Positions 47,390 through 57,778 of a stretch of DNA of 64,000 nt are shown here, in pieces. Position numbers and translations under genes: made by a program. This DNA is from Candidatus Microgenomates bacterium (GTDB taxonomy: Bacteria; Patescibacteriota; Microgenomatia; UBA8517), in the NCBI GenBank assembly GCA_049523135.1, contig JBEKNE010000001.1:82095-146094 (forward strand). The letters are read 5' to 3'. How positions within the stretch are numbered: the first letter of the stretch is position 1; each line of letters starts with the position of its first letter. The notes beneath the pieces were generated by a model. That model searched no databases. It saw only the letters and a program-made list of their open reading frames with translations, and was not told where the DNA came from.

Positions 47390-49156
47390 TTATTGTGCGG
47401 GGCCCGTTCCTCGGAGATAGATAGCTTGCCAGGGCTGGTAATTGCTCACAAAAGTTTTACTATAAATTTCCTTTCCGTCCCTATTAACTGAGTAGTTAAA
47501 AGTAACTTTTGCTCCCCAAGCTTTGAAATCAGTTTGTTTTATTGTTCCGGCAGGAAGAGTTGGGTCGTCCTGGTATAAATCCGGCGGGGGAGCTGTTATA
47601 TCTGTTACAACAGACTTGGAAATTGTAGCAACTCTGCCGTCGGAAGTTCCGTAGAGTTCAAAAATTAACGAATAATTTTTGGGATTGGCAGCAGCCTCTA
47701 TCAGAATGTATGCTGGTGTGTTATTAACAAATTGAAGATCAGGTGACGGGGAATAAACAGTTGCATCCAGCCCTGGCGGAGAATCTTGTTCGTAGTAGCC
47801 AACTCGGTAAGCATGAGCTTGCCTCTCTGTAATCGGGAGACCGGCATTAAGCAGTGCCCTAAAAAGGGTTGTGGAAACTTGGCAAACTCCGCCCCCGTCT
47901 CCGAGAATTGTTTTTCCTTCCGAAATAATGTAGGCCTGTTGATAGCCGGTAAACTGGGATACATCACCAAGCGTTTCATTGAAAGAAAATGTCTGACCGG
48001 GTTTAACTAAAGTTCCGTTAATTTTTGTGGCGGCAAGAACTATATTATGAATCCTGGAAGAAATCGAACCGTAGTAAGTTGAAGTTCCCCGTCCGATAAG
48101 CTCTTTAATTCCCAAGTTATTTACTTCGGATGTTGAAACTTCAGGCGAAGTTCTTGCTACGGGAATGTCAAAACTTAGAGTTTTTTCATCGCCACTGGCA
48201 AGAGAATCAAGCGAATTGGTTAACAGATCTTTAAACCTAGTATCATCAACCTTTATTCCGTCAAGGGCCGGCTGGAATTCCGAGACACGATCGTTATCAA
48301 AAACAAACTTGGGATTTTGTGAGTTTCTGTTAACACTGTTATCAATTTTTTGAATTAAGGCGGAAATACTGCTTTCGGAGTAACCGGACTCAAAATCCAG
48401 GAGGCTTACAATGTCGGAATCTTTCAGAGTAAAAGAATTGAATTCAAAATTCATTGTCAGACCTTTCCCGATAAATTCTTCAGCTCTGTTTTGTAGTGAA
48501 TCTACCTCAGCTTGTGTTAGAGAACTATTAACAATTTCTACAGGTATTTCAATATTGGTTGATTTGTCTAAAGAAAGCGCTTCATGTATTTTTATATTTA
48601 ATAAATATTTATTAACTTCTGTTCCCGGAGAACCTCTACTTATAACAACTTTACTGTTCGCAAGGTTCAAAGAAGGATCAACCGGTTTTACGGAAACCTG
48701 ATCGGAGACGCTGGAGATAAATTTATTAAGTTTTCCTTCATCTATATTTGTTATCAGTCCTAAATCCTTCGGGTATATAAGTAAGTTGATACGGACCAGT
48801 AAATCAGACCAAAAATTTCCGGTTCTCGTATAATTGTAGGCATTTAAGGTTGATGACTCAAAATCATAGTTAAAGTTTATGTCACTTGTTTTTATTTTAA
48901 ATTGTTTGTCTTGATAGGTGAGTACAACTTCATCGGGGGTACTTAAATTTTTTGAAATTTTGTAAGCGGAACTATTTAAGTTTAATCCGCCGATATTTAT
49001 ACCGGCAACCGTAATATTTGGATAAACCTTTTCGGAAAAATCTGCAATATAAAAAATTAAACTTCCGGCAATTAAAATTACAGAAATAAATAGCGCGATA
49101 GCTATGTATAAATAAATTTTCTTTGAAAACTTTTTTGATTTGGGATGTCTTGTCAT
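47390..49156 (-). CDS. VanW family protein with peptidoglycan-binding repeats
   Basis: RIHNI..FSFN..GGGVCQVSTTLF..GLDATV; N-terminal TM. Confidence 0.9.
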   Translation of the reverse strand: MTRHPKSKKFSKKIYLYIAIALFISVILIAGSLIFYIADFSEKVYPNITVAGINIGGLNLNSSAYKISKNLSTPDEVVLTYQDKQFKIKTSDINFNYDFESSTLNAYNYTRTGNFWSDLLVRINLLIYPKDLGLITNIDEGKLNKFISSVSDQVSVKPVDPSLNLANSKVVISRGSPGTEVNKYLLNIKIHEALSLDKSTNIEIPVEIVNSSLTQAEVDSLQNRAEEFIGKGLTMNFEFNSFTLKDSDIVSLLDFESGYSESSISALIQKIDNSVNRNSQNPKFVFDNDRVSEFQPALDGIKVDDTRFKDLLTNSLDSLASGDEKTLSFDIPVARTSPEVSTSEVNNLGIKELIGRGTSTYYGSISSRIHNIVLAATKINGTLVKPGQTFSFNETLGDVSQFTGYQQAYIISEGKTILGDGGGVCQVSTTLFRALLNAGLPITERQAHAYRVGYYEQDSPPGLDATVYSPSPDLQFVNNTPAYILIEAAANPKNYSLIFELYGTSDGRVATISKSVVTDITAPPPDLYQDDPTLPAGTIKQTDFKAWGAKVTFNYSVNRDGKEIYSKTFVSNYQPWQAIYLRGTGPAQ

Positions 49157-49208
49157 ATTCCCCGCATATGATACCATTTAGATATAAACTAAATCCAAGA
49201 ATTTTAAA

Positions 49209-50636
49209 ATGCCACCTAAGAATATTTACGAAAATAGTCCAAACTTAAATTCAACCCCTGTTTCTCAGGCTTCATCCAGTGTTTCACAAACTCCTTCCGT
49301 GTCGGAGTCGATAATCCCTCCGCCCAAGAAGGGGTTCCCGAAGATTTTCATATTTATTGGAGTCGGTTTGGCGGTGTTATTACTAATTTTTCTTGCCGTT
49401 AAACTTTTGACTAAATCTCAAATTATGTCTAACGGTCAGATTACATGGTGGGGTCTTTGGGAAGACCAATCAGTCGTTCAACCTCTTATAACATCTTATG
49501 AAGCTTCCCACCCTGGAGTAAAAATTACTTATATACAGCAGTCTCAGGAAGATTACAGAGAGAGGTTAACTAATGCTTTGGCGAAGGGAACAGGACCTGA
49601 CATTTTTACTTTCCACAATTCATGGGTGCCGATGTTTAAAAACGATCTTGATGCACTTCCATCATCTGTTATGAATCCTTCCGATTACGCAAAAACTTTT
49701 TACCCCGTTATGTCTTCAGATCTTGTTAACGGAAATTCAATTGTCGGTATACCTATTGGTTATGACGCTCTTACCCTTTACATTAATGAGGATATTTTTA
49801 ATAAGGCTGGAGCAACACCACCGACCACGTGGGATGATCTGAGAACGCTTGCACGGCAGCTTACGATTAAAGATGATCAGGGAACTATAATTCAATCCGG
49901 TGTTGCACTGGGTGAGACGTCGAATGTAGACAATTGGCAAGAAATCTTGGCTCTTTTGATGCTTCAAAACGGAGTTGATTTAAGTAACCCGACAGGCAAA
50001 CCCGCCGAAGACGCTTTAACGTTTTTTACTCTTTTTTCGACAACGGATGGCGTTTGGGACGCAACGCTTCCCACATCAACTCAGGCTTTTGCGGCGGGTA
50101 ACTTGGCAATGTATATTGCTCCGAGCTGGCGCGCCTTTGAAATTGAACAAGCGAGCCCAAACTTAAAGTTTAAAACCGTTCCAGTTCCACAACTTCCCAA
50201 GGATAACCCCAATGAGCTCGATATAACTTATGCAACCTACTGGGCGCAGGGAGTTTGGGCAAAAAGTCCAAATAAAACCGCAGCTTGGAACTTTTTGGCA
50301 TATCTTAGTACTCAGGATTCTTTACAAAAACTTTATCAAAACGAGTCTGCCATTAGGGGATTTGGGGAGCCGTATCCGAGAACTGATATGGCAACTCTTC
50401 TTTCAAGCCATCCCATTATCGGGTCTATAATATCTCAGGCGCCCGGTGCCAAGAGCTGGTACCTTGATAGTCGCACCTTTGATGGCGACACAGGGATTAA
50501 TACCCAAATGTCTAATTATTTTGGTGATGCAGTTAATGCTGTTGTCGGCGGCAAAGAAACTGCAACTCAAGCTTTAGCCACGGTGGCACAGGGAGTTAGT
50601 CAGGTCCTTCTACAGTATGGAATGGCGTCAAAATAA
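49209..50636 (+). CDS. membrane-anchored extracellular solute-binding protein (sugar ABC type)
   Basis: GPDIF, LYINEDIF..PPTTWD, AFAAGNLAM, AAWNFL. Confidence 0.85.
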   Translation: MPPKNIYENSPNLNSTPVSQASSSVSQTPSVSESIIPPPKKGFPKIFIFIGVGLAVLLLIFLAVKLLTKSQIMSNGQITWWGLWEDQSVVQPLITSYEASHPGVKITYIQQSQEDYRERLTNALAKGTGPDIFTFHNSWVPMFKNDLDALPSSVMNPSDYAKTFYPVMSSDLVNGNSIVGIPIGYDALTLYINEDIFNKAGATPPTTWDDLRTLARQLTIKDDQGTIIQSGVALGETSNVDNWQEILALLMLQNGVDLSNPTGKPAEDALTFFTLFSTTDGVWDATLPTSTQAFAAGNLAMYIAPSWRAFEIEQASPNLKFKTVPVPQLPKDNPNELDITYATYWAQGVWAKSPNKTAAWNFLAYLSTQDSLQKLYQNESAIRGFGEPYPRTDMATLLSSHPIIGSIISQAPGAKSWYLDSRTFDGDTGINTQMSNYFGDAVNAVVGGKETATQALATVAQGVSQVLLQYGMASK

Positions 50637-51436
50637 TGCTTGATAAGTTTGGCAAATTCTCCTTAAGTTACCACGAAATTTTTAACTATCCGCTAACGGC
50701 TAATGAGATGACTCGATGGACTCCCGGCAGAATACCCAATGGTTACAAATGTGATAAAAAAGCCATTTTTAAGAATGGCTATTGGTTTTTTGAAGGAAAA
50801 ACCTCTTTAGTTTCAAAACTCATGAAGAGACATCAGAATTCAACTAAAAAAATGAAGATTGCCCGAAAAGCTTCGAAAATCTTATCTTATATTCCAATGG
50901 TCAAACTAGTTGCCGTTACAGGTTCTTTAGCTATGCGGAATACATCAGAAAACGGAGATATTGATTTATTTATTATTGCTGAAAATGGACGACTTTGGAC
51001 AACAAGACTTAGTGTTTATTTAATATTAAAAATCTTTGGTTTTTCCTTGCGCCGTCCGGGAAGCCAAACACAAAAGGATAAACTTTGCCTGAATATGTGG
51101 ATGGAGGAAAGCGATATGGTTTGGAAAAACCCGAGAAACATATATACCGCTCACGAAATTGCCCAAATAATTTCGCTTGTAAATAAAAATAAAGTTTATG
51201 AGAAATTTTTGTTTAAGAATAGGTGGATTCTGGACTTTTGGCCAAATGCTGTGAGGATTGTAAATTGCAAGTCGGAAAATTCCTTCCATAGAATAAGCTT
51301 CATTGAAAAAATAGCCTTCAAGTTTCAATATTCATATATGAAGAATAAAATGTCTCGAGAGGTTGTCACTCCTACAAGGGCTATATTTCATCCGCTTGAT
51401 TGGGGTAAAATTGTTCTTGCAAAATTAAATATCTGA
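50636..51436 (+). CDS. nucleotidyltransferase-domain protein
   Basis: VAVTGSLA..GDIDLFII (GS/DxD). Confidence 0.75.
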   Translation: MLDKFGKFSLSYHEIFNYPLTANEMTRWTPGRIPNGYKCDKKAIFKNGYWFFEGKTSLVSKLMKRHQNSTKKMKIARKASKILSYIPMVKLVAVTGSLAMRNTSENGDIDLFIIAENGRLWTTRLSVYLILKIFGFSLRRPGSQTQKDKLCLNMWMEESDMVWKNPRNIYTAHEIAQIISLVNKNKVYEKFLFKNRWILDFWPNAVRIVNCKSENSFHRISFIEKIAFKFQYSYMKNKMSREVVTPTRAIFHPLDWGKIVLAKLNI

Positions 51437-51440
51437 AAAA

Positions 51441-51974
51441 ATGAATTACTACAGACTTAAATTTAAGAACATTGTCAGGGATCTTCCACTTGTTGCAATT
51501 GCTTCAAAAGTGAGGGTGGCATCGGTTAATTTTTTGGGCGATACGGAATTGTCGGAAATCATATCCCGCGAAGTGGTCAAACAAATTAAATCTATAGATT
51601 TTGATATTTTGGTTGGCCCAGAAGTAAAGGTCGTACCTATTTTGCATGAAGCTACAAGATTGTTGGGTAAGAAAAAGTATGTAGTTTGTCGGAAAAATAT
51701 TCACGGCTATATGGTTTCTCCCGTAACCTCGAAGACAAATCCCCAGCTTGTGATTGACGGGAAAGATGCGGATTTATTGAAGGGAAAAAGAGTGGTAATT
51801 CTTGATGACGTGGTTTCCTCGGGAAAAACCATTAAGGCAATCAGTGATTTGATTGAAACCACCGGAGGAAAAGTTGTCAAGATTATTGCGATTTTTAAAC
51901 AGGAAAATTTAAAAGAAGATTTAGGAAAGGACTTTTTATACCTCTCGACTCTTCCTGTTTTTCTTTCCCATTGA
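51441..51974 (+). CDS. type I phosphoribosyltransferase (adenine PRTase-like)
   Basis: VVILDDVVSSGKT PRPP-binding loop. Confidence 0.85.
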   Translation: MNYYRLKFKNIVRDLPLVAIASKVRVASVNFLGDTELSEIISREVVKQIKSIDFDILVGPEVKVVPILHEATRLLGKKKYVVCRKNIHGYMVSPVTSKTNPQLVIDGKDADLLKGKRVVILDDVVSSGKTIKAISDLIETTGGKVVKIIAIFKQENLKEDLGKDFLYLSTLPVFLSH

Positions 51975-52086
51975 CTCGGTTTTTAGTTGATTTATACTAG
52001 AACTAACAATATAAGAACCCGTAAGCCGCGGGAAAATTTATACAATGGCAGAAATTAATTTATATCTTGAAGTTTTTGAATTTATC

Positions 52087-52108
52087 CCGCCACCCGGCGG
52101 TTTTTTTG
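52087..52108 (+). terminator. terminator hairpin in a 5' leader (possible attenuator)
   Basis: CCGCC-accc-GGCGG-TTTTTTT ending a few nt before the ATG at 52115. Confidence 0.6.
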
Positions 52109-52114
52109 TTTGAT

Positions 52115-53497
52115 ATGTCTTGTAAAGAATTTATTCAGGATGAATATCCATCATACAAAGTCGATTCTGCCACCAACTATAATCTCGCAAAAGTATTTGA
52201 GATTATAAATCCGGAAGAGTTTGGCAAGACGCTACTATCGGCCAGAAGGGTTGGTAAACTTTATGCGAAAAAAAATATTGGGGATTTTGATCCGGATCAA
52301 GTTTCTCAGGAGCTACATTTGCTTGGCAAAGAAGTCGATAGCAGAATAATTACTGATAATTTCAAACAAATAGATTTACTAGTTGAGGCACTTGACCCAC
52401 TTGTTGGTTATCACACAAATATAATATCTAATAAGTTTGCCAATACATGTTCAAAGATAGATATAGAGATGGTAGCCAAAGACGAAGTAAAACAAATTAT
52501 CGGCTGGAGATTGGATCCTGGGCTTTTTGAAAATGAGAAATACCGTTGGGGAAAGGAAATATCTAAACTTGTAAGTGCAAATTTAGCCAACCTGCCTTTT
52601 AAAATAGCCAAAGATAGAGATTTACAGGTACGTCTTAATGAAGAAATAGACGGTCACAATACAACACCCGAGTGTGTTCTAATTGAGAAGGAAGAATCGG
52701 AAGAAATATTTGCTGCAATAAGAAAGATGCCGCCTGCTTTAAGGAAAATAGCGATTGAAATGGTGGGAAACAGGTCTTTTAACTCCATAAATCTATGTGA
52801 ATCACAGCGGGATGAAATGAAGAAGTTTTTAATAGAGCAAATTCCTGAATTGGGTGAAACTTTTCGGGTGGCCAAAAAGGTCAGGAAAAGCGTGAATACT
52901 GTGGGGATGGTGAGTGAGGACGGATTTCCAATCTTTGATAATATTCCTTTGGAAAAAGTGTTTGGCCATATAATTTCACTTAATCTTCTACAACAAAAAG
53001 TCGTTTTTTATTATGTAGGTTATCTTGACACCTCTTTAAGCCAAAATGAATTTGCCAGAAAACACAATCTCCCGGGAATTAATACCGTTTCCGAGACCCT
53101 AACATCGTCTAGGAGGGAACTTCTTTGCCAAATTGGAAATAATCCTACACACCCCTTATCGGAAAAAGGTTCCTTGGTTCCGCATATCGAACAGGCCAAC
53201 TCATATAGGCGGCGGGAATATTCAAATGGCAACACTTTTCCGGAAACTGCTGTGGCAAGACAGTCAATTCTCGTGTATTTAGAAAAATCCCCCAATGTCT
53301 CCTTTTTTGAAGAAAAGATTGAAGGTTTATATCACAGAAATTCTCCCCGTTCATACCAAATAGTTAAATATGTTATTGATGGGTTGACTAATAGAGAAAT
53401 TGCAGAAAAAATGTCCATAACCGAATCGTGTGTTAAGAGTATGATTTGCACGATATCCAAAAAAATAGCAGCCGCATCGGAAATGGAATTTCAATAA
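52115..53497 (+). CDS. putative transcription factor with sigma region-4-like segments and a C-terminal LuxR-type HTH
   Basis: GLTNREIAEKMSITESCVKS HTH at the C-terminus; internal PE..L..E..I.KMP pattern. Confidence 0.6.
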   Translation: MSCKEFIQDEYPSYKVDSATNYNLAKVFEIINPEEFGKTLLSARRVGKLYAKKNIGDFDPDQVSQELHLLGKEVDSRIITDNFKQIDLLVEALDPLVGYHTNIISNKFANTCSKIDIEMVAKDEVKQIIGWRLDPGLFENEKYRWGKEISKLVSANLANLPFKIAKDRDLQVRLNEEIDGHNTTPECVLIEKEESEEIFAAIRKMPPALRKIAIEMVGNRSFNSINLCESQRDEMKKFLIEQIPELGETFRVAKKVRKSVNTVGMVSEDGFPIFDNIPLEKVFGHIISLNLLQQKVVFYYVGYLDTSLSQNEFARKHNLPGINTVSETLTSSRRELLCQIGNNPTHPLSEKGSLVPHIEQANSYRRREYSNGNTFPETAVARQSILVYLEKSPNVSFFEEKIEGLYHRNSPRSYQIVKYVIDGLTNREIAEKMSITESCVKSMICTISKKIAAASEMEFQ

Positions 53498-53509
53498 TTC
53501 CACATCCTC

Positions 53510-53538
53510 TTGACATGGCAGAATTTAGCCTCTAAAAT
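53510..53538 (+). promoter_or_regulatory. sigma70 promoter of groES-groEL
   Basis: TTGACA-N17-TAAAAT. Confidence 0.8.
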
Positions 53539-53563
53539 AGCACTCATTGAGTTAGAATGCTAA
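53537..53563 (+). promoter_or_regulatory. CIRCE element (HrcA operator)
   Basis: aTAGCACTC-N9-GAaTGCTAA, two mismatches to TTAGCACTC-N9-GAGTGCTAA, upstream of groES. Confidence 0.85.
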
Positions 53564-53582
53564 TCGCAAAAGGGTAACAAAT

Positions 53583-53864
53583 ATGACAAAATTAAATCTA
53601 AAGCCCACAGCAGGGTATCTTCTAATTGAGCCTCTTGATAAAGAGATCAAAACAGCTTCAGGTATTTATCTTCCCGATACGGCAGGCGAGAAACCTCAAA
53701 AAGGAAAAGTGTTGGCTGTCGGTGAGGATATGAAGGATCAAAAAAAACCCTGTGCCAAAGGCGCTATCGTTTTTTATAAAAAATGGGGAGGAAACGAAGT
53801 CAAAATTGACGGGAAAGAATACTTGTTTGTGAAATTTGAGGATGTCTTAGCTGTCGAAGGCTAA
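53583..53864 (+). CDS. groES: co-chaperonin GroES
   Basis: [22 protein letters not shown]. Confidence 0.96.
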   Translation: MTKLNLKPTAGYLLIEPLDKEIKTASGIYLPDTAGEKPQKGKVLAVGEDMKDQKKPCAKGAIVFYKKWGGNEVKIDGKEYLFVKFEDVLAVEG

Positions 53865-53889
53865 CCATAGTGGTGAGCGAAGTCGAACC

Positions 53890-55518
53890 ATGGCAAAACA
53901 ATTAAAATTCAGTAAAGATGCAAGAGAGTCTCTTCTAAAAGGTATTGATATCGTGGCCAAAGCGGTTGTAACTACTCTTGGACCAAAAGGTAGGAATATT
54001 GCCCTAGATAAAAAGTGGGGCGCTCCGAATATAGTTCATGACGGTGTAACCGTAGCCAAGGAAATTGATCTTCCCGACCCCTTTGAGAATATGGGAGCCC
54101 AACTTGTTAAAGAAGCTGCCAGTAAAACCAATGATAATGCGGGTGATGGAACCACAACCTCGACTCTTCTGGCCCAAGTAATGACCGCTAAAGGTATGAC
54201 AAAGATTAATGCCGGAGCAAATCCGATGATTGTAAAGCGCGGAATTGAAAAAGCAGTTGAGGCAGTAACGGAGGAACTTAAGAAAATGGCGAAACCCATT
54301 AAAGGTAAGGAGGAAATTGCTCAAGTTGCCAGTATATCCGCGGGAGATACCGAGATTGGCGCCAAAATTGCGGAAGCACTCGATAAAGTTGGCCGCGATG
54401 GAGTTGTAACGGTTGAGGAAGGAAAAGGCTTAACAATAGATATTGAATATAAAGAAGGAATGGAATTTGACAGGGGTTATGCCTCAGCTTATTTTGTAAC
54501 AAACCCCGATAAAATGGAGGCAGAAATTGAAAACGCCTACATTCTTTTGACTGATAAGAAAATTTCCGCAATTGCCGATCTTCTTCCTTTTTTGGAAAAG
54601 TTTGTAAAAGTTTCCAAAGATCTAGTGATCATTGCCGATGAGATTGAAGGTGAGGCACTTGCAACGCTGGTTGTTAACAGACTTAAAGGCACAATTAATG
54701 TTTTAGCAATTAAAGCTCCCGGCTTTGGCGACAGAAGGAAGGAAATATTGGAAGATATTGCAATTCTTACGGGTGGAACTGTTATAAGTGAGGATACAGG
54801 ACGAACCTTCGAATCTATTGAAGTTTCTGATCTTGGTCAGGCAGATAAAGTTTGGGCAGATAAAGACAATGCCAGAATAATCGGCGGAAAAGGTGATAAA
54901 AAGACAATTGATGCCAGAATTGCTTCAATAAGAAAACAAATTGACGCTTCCGATTCCGATTTTGATAAGGAAAAGTTTGAAGAAAGACTTGCAAAGCTTG
55001 CCGGTGGAGTTGCTCAGATAAATGTCGGAGCGGCAACCGAGATTGAACTAAATGACAAGAAAGAAAGAGTTAAAGATGCGGTTGGAGCTACCAAAGCGGC
55101 CACCGAAGAAGGAATTGTCCCGGGTGGAGAAACTGCCTTCTTAAGAGCCCGCGAGGCCGTAAAGAAAGTTAAAGTTGAAAAAGGTGATGAACAAATTGGA
55201 GTAGACATTGTTTATGAAGCTCTCGAGGAACCGATTAAATGGCTTTCCAAAAATGCAGGCGAGGATGGAGAAGAAGTGCTAAAGAAGGTCTTAGCCAGTA
55301 AAGATGTTGAATTTGGTTACAATGCTCTAATCGGTGAATACGGCTCAATGTTGAAAATGGGAATTGTTGATCCAGTTAAAGTTACCAGAAGCGCACTCCA
55401 AAATGCCGCAAGCGTTGCCATGATGGTACTTACTACCGAAGGACTTGTAACTGATATCCCTGAAGAAAAGAAAGAACCTATGATGCCTCAAGGCGGGATG
55501 GGTGGAATGGACTACTAA
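53890..55518 (+). CDS. groEL: chaperonin GroEL
   Basis: [18 protein letters not shown] tail. Confidence 0.98.
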   Translation: MAKQLKFSKDARESLLKGIDIVAKAVVTTLGPKGRNIALDKKWGAPNIVHDGVTVAKEIDLPDPFENMGAQLVKEAASKTNDNAGDGTTTSTLLAQVMTAKGMTKINAGANPMIVKRGIEKAVEAVTEELKKMAKPIKGKEEIAQVASISAGDTEIGAKIAEALDKVGRDGVVTVEEGKGLTIDIEYKEGMEFDRGYASAYFVTNPDKMEAEIENAYILLTDKKISAIADLLPFLEKFVKVSKDLVIIADEIEGEALATLVVNRLKGTINVLAIKAPGFGDRRKEILEDIAILTGGTVISEDTGRTFESIEVSDLGQADKVWADKDNARIIGGKGDKKTIDARIASIRKQIDASDSDFDKEKFEERLAKLAGGVAQINVGAATEIELNDKKERVKDAVGATKAATEEGIVPGGETAFLRAREAVKKVKVEKGDEQIGVDIVYEALEEPIKWLSKNAGEDGEEVLKKVLASKDVEFGYNALIGEYGSMLKMGIVDPVKVTRSALQNAASVAMMVLTTEGLVTDIPEEKKEPMMPQGGMGGMDY

Positions 55519-55560
55519 AAACTTCTTGAGATTTAACTCCTTTTGTGTAATTATTGCGCC

Positions 55561-56010
55561 ATGAATGCTGAAATTAGTGAAAAGCGGCTTCCAGAAAAAG
55601 AGGGGGTAATATTTTTGATCTACAAGAATGGAAAGGTTCTCCTTGAAAAGAGAACACGACCTGATAAGGCATATTTCGGCTATATAATAATTCCTGGTGG
55701 TAAATTTGAAAAAGGTATCGATTCAAATCACGAAGATGCTGTTAGGAGAGAAATATCCGAGGAATGTGGTTGTATAGCAATTAAAGGTATGGTGTTATTA
55801 GATAACTATCTTCAGACAACAATAACTAATCATCTTTATGATGTTTCTGCATATTTAATAACAGATTTCGATGGAGAGATAACCAACCCCGAAGAAAAGT
55901 CTGAACATATTTGGGTTGATTTGGAAAAGGCTAAAAACTACCTATCATTCGCCGATAGCAGATATATTATTACTATGGCTAGAGAAGTGTTACTGAGACA
56001 AAACCGTTAG
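55561..56010 (+). CDS. NUDIX hydrolase
   Basis: PGGKFE..AVRREISEECG. Confidence 0.85.
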   Translation: MNAEISEKRLPEKEGVIFLIYKNGKVLLEKRTRPDKAYFGYIIIPGGKFEKGIDSNHEDAVRREISEECGCIAIKGMVLLDNYLQTTITNHLYDVSAYLITDFDGEITNPEEKSEHIWVDLEKAKNYLSFADSRYIITMAREVLLRQNR

Positions 56011-56664
56011 GGGGTTAAGAGGAACTCCGTTTTGATGAATTTCCAAGTGTAAATGAGGGCCTGTTGCATGCCCGGTTTCCCCCATTTTTCCTATCTCCGT
56101 GTTCATGTCCACGCTTTGCCCTATTTTTACTTCAATTTTACTTAAATGGGCATAATATGATTCGTAGCCGTTGGCATGTGAGATGACAACTAAATTTCCA
56201 TATCCGGAATAATCCCAACCGGCATAAGTTACCACACCGGCCATAACCGGCTTTATCGGATCTCCTTTTTCTCCGCCAAGGTCAACCCCCAAGTGGAAGA
56301 TACTAAATCCCTGATTAATTCGGACGGTTTGTACAGGATACTGCATTCCCTTTTGAGTAATAAGATTTGTTTGGGTTTCAATTACCTGATCATCCGTACC
56401 CTGAGCTTGGACATTGGTTGTCTGGGGAATAAAGGTCGTAGCGATTGCCAAAATAGCAAAATTAGCCGCGAATACTTTTCTGATACCCTTATGGTCAGCA
56501 AAATATCTGGCTAGCCTTCCTGCGAAGGTTCCTTTTCTGTATTTCTTATTTACAACGGACGGAGCCGGCAAAATAGGCTCATCCATTAGAGGCTTTCGCC
56601 TTTTGACAAGTTTTAGTTGTACTTGAAGGCGATGCTTAGGTAACTCAAGGTTAATTTTTTGCAT
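55990..56664 (-). CDS. M23 family metallopeptidase
   Basis: HLGVD, YAHL, HLH motifs; N-terminal TM/signal. Confidence 0.92.
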   Translation of the reverse strand: MQKINLELPKHRLQVQLKLVKRRKPLMDEPILPAPSVVNKKYRKGTFAGRLARYFADHKGIRKVFAANFAILAIATTFIPQTTNVQAQGTDDQVIETQTNLITQKGMQYPVQTVRINQGFSIFHLGVDLGGEKGDPIKPVMAGVVTYAGWDYSGYGNLVVISHANGYESYYAHLSKIEVKIGQSVDMNTEIGKMGETGHATGPHLHLEIHQNGVPLNPLTVLSQ

Positions 56665-56762
56665 ATTCGGGCAGGCACAAAAAATCCCGCAAATTGCGGG
56701 ATGAGCCGCTATTTTAACCTATGAAAAGGGAAGAAGTCAAGTTTGGGGAAACCTAAATTTAT

Positions 56763-56837
56763 TGGAGGCCGGAGCGGGAATCGAACCCGCGCATAGAAGT
56801 TTTGCAGACTCCCGCGTTTCCACTTCGCCATCCGGCC
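56763..56837 (-). tRNA. tRNA-Cys(GCA)
   Basis: GGCCGGA/TCCGGCC acceptor, CTGCAAA loop, U73 discriminator, CCA encoded. Confidence 0.95.
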
Positions 56838-56882
56838 ACGCGCTTGTATTGTAGCATATTCTTTTGTTACACTCGGTCCGAG

Positions 56883-57776
56883 ATGAAGACTTTTAGGACG
56901 ATTTTAATTACATTTATATCTTTTTGCATTTTGGTGATCACAGTATTTTTTCTGATCGGTTATTTTAGACCAAAACCCGGAGGAATTAAGATTGATACAA
57001 CTACCGCTGCCAGTGTTTATATAAACGGAGCATTGGTTGGTTCAACTCCTTATAACGAGTTTTATCCTGCCGGGGAGATAACCTTGAAGCTGGTGCCCGA
57101 AGGAAATGAAAACAATTTAGTACCTTTTGAAATAAAAGTTAATATAACCTCCGGAATTCAGACGGTTGTTGAAAGGAGTTTTGGGAGTACAGAGGATGCT
57201 TCCTCCGATTATGTTATTTCGTTTGATAAAAACGGCTCCGAAAATTCTGGTTTGGTCGTTGTTTCAAGACCTGAAAATGCTGAAGTTGAAATAGACGGAG
57301 TCTCAAGGGGTTTTGCTCCGTATGAAGATTCAACTGTTAATCCCGGATTGCATGCGGTTACCGTCAAAGCTCCGGGCTATGCCGATGCCTCAATGACTGT
57401 AAGTACAGTGATTGGGTATAGACTTACATTTTTTGCGAAACTTGAGAAGGGGATTAGTAGTGAAGAAACACAAACAATGCCGGTACAAACTTCTCCACCA
57501 GATCAAGATAAACCTTATGTTCAAATACAAAATACACCAACAGGCTATCTGAGAGTTAGAAGTAAACCCGGTTTGGCGGGAGTGGAAATAGCTCAAGTTT
57601 CTCCCGGTGATAAATTTCCCTATCTTGATGAAGATGTGGCAACCGGATGGTTGGAGATTCAATATCAGGGGCCTACAGTCGCTTCAGCCTCAGGAGTAGT
57701 AGGTTGGGTTTCGGGAGATTTTGCCAAAAAAGTTATGCTCTCAAGTACCTCTACGCCGAGTGCCGGCTTAAAATAA
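56883..57776 (+). CDS. PEGA domain protein with C-terminal SH3-like domain
   Basis: N-terminal TM, two PEGA-like repeats (VYING..GSTP; SRPENAEVEIDG), YLRVRSKP..GWV. Confidence 0.85.
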   Translation: MKTFRTILITFISFCILVITVFFLIGYFRPKPGGIKIDTTTAASVYINGALVGSTPYNEFYPAGEITLKLVPEGNENNLVPFEIKVNITSGIQTVVERSFGSTEDASSDYVISFDKNGSENSGLVVVSRPENAEVEIDGVSRGFAPYEDSTVNPGLHAVTVKAPGYADASMTVSTVIGYRLTFFAKLEKGISSEETQTMPVQTSPPDQDKPYVQIQNTPTGYLRVRSKPGLAGVEIAQVSPGDKFPYLDEDVATGWLEIQYQGPTVASASGVVGWVSGDFAKKVMLSSTSTPSAGLK

Positions 57777-57778
57777 GC

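Noticed and set aside
53870-53889. REP-like GTGGTGAGCGAAGTCGAACC between groES and groEL
   Set aside because: Only one copy was seen in the window, so a repeat family cannot be supported from this sequence.
56802-56882. N-terminal extension of the PEGA protein
   Set aside because: It overlaps tRNA-Cys antisense; the ATG at 56883 gives a normal N-terminal anchor.
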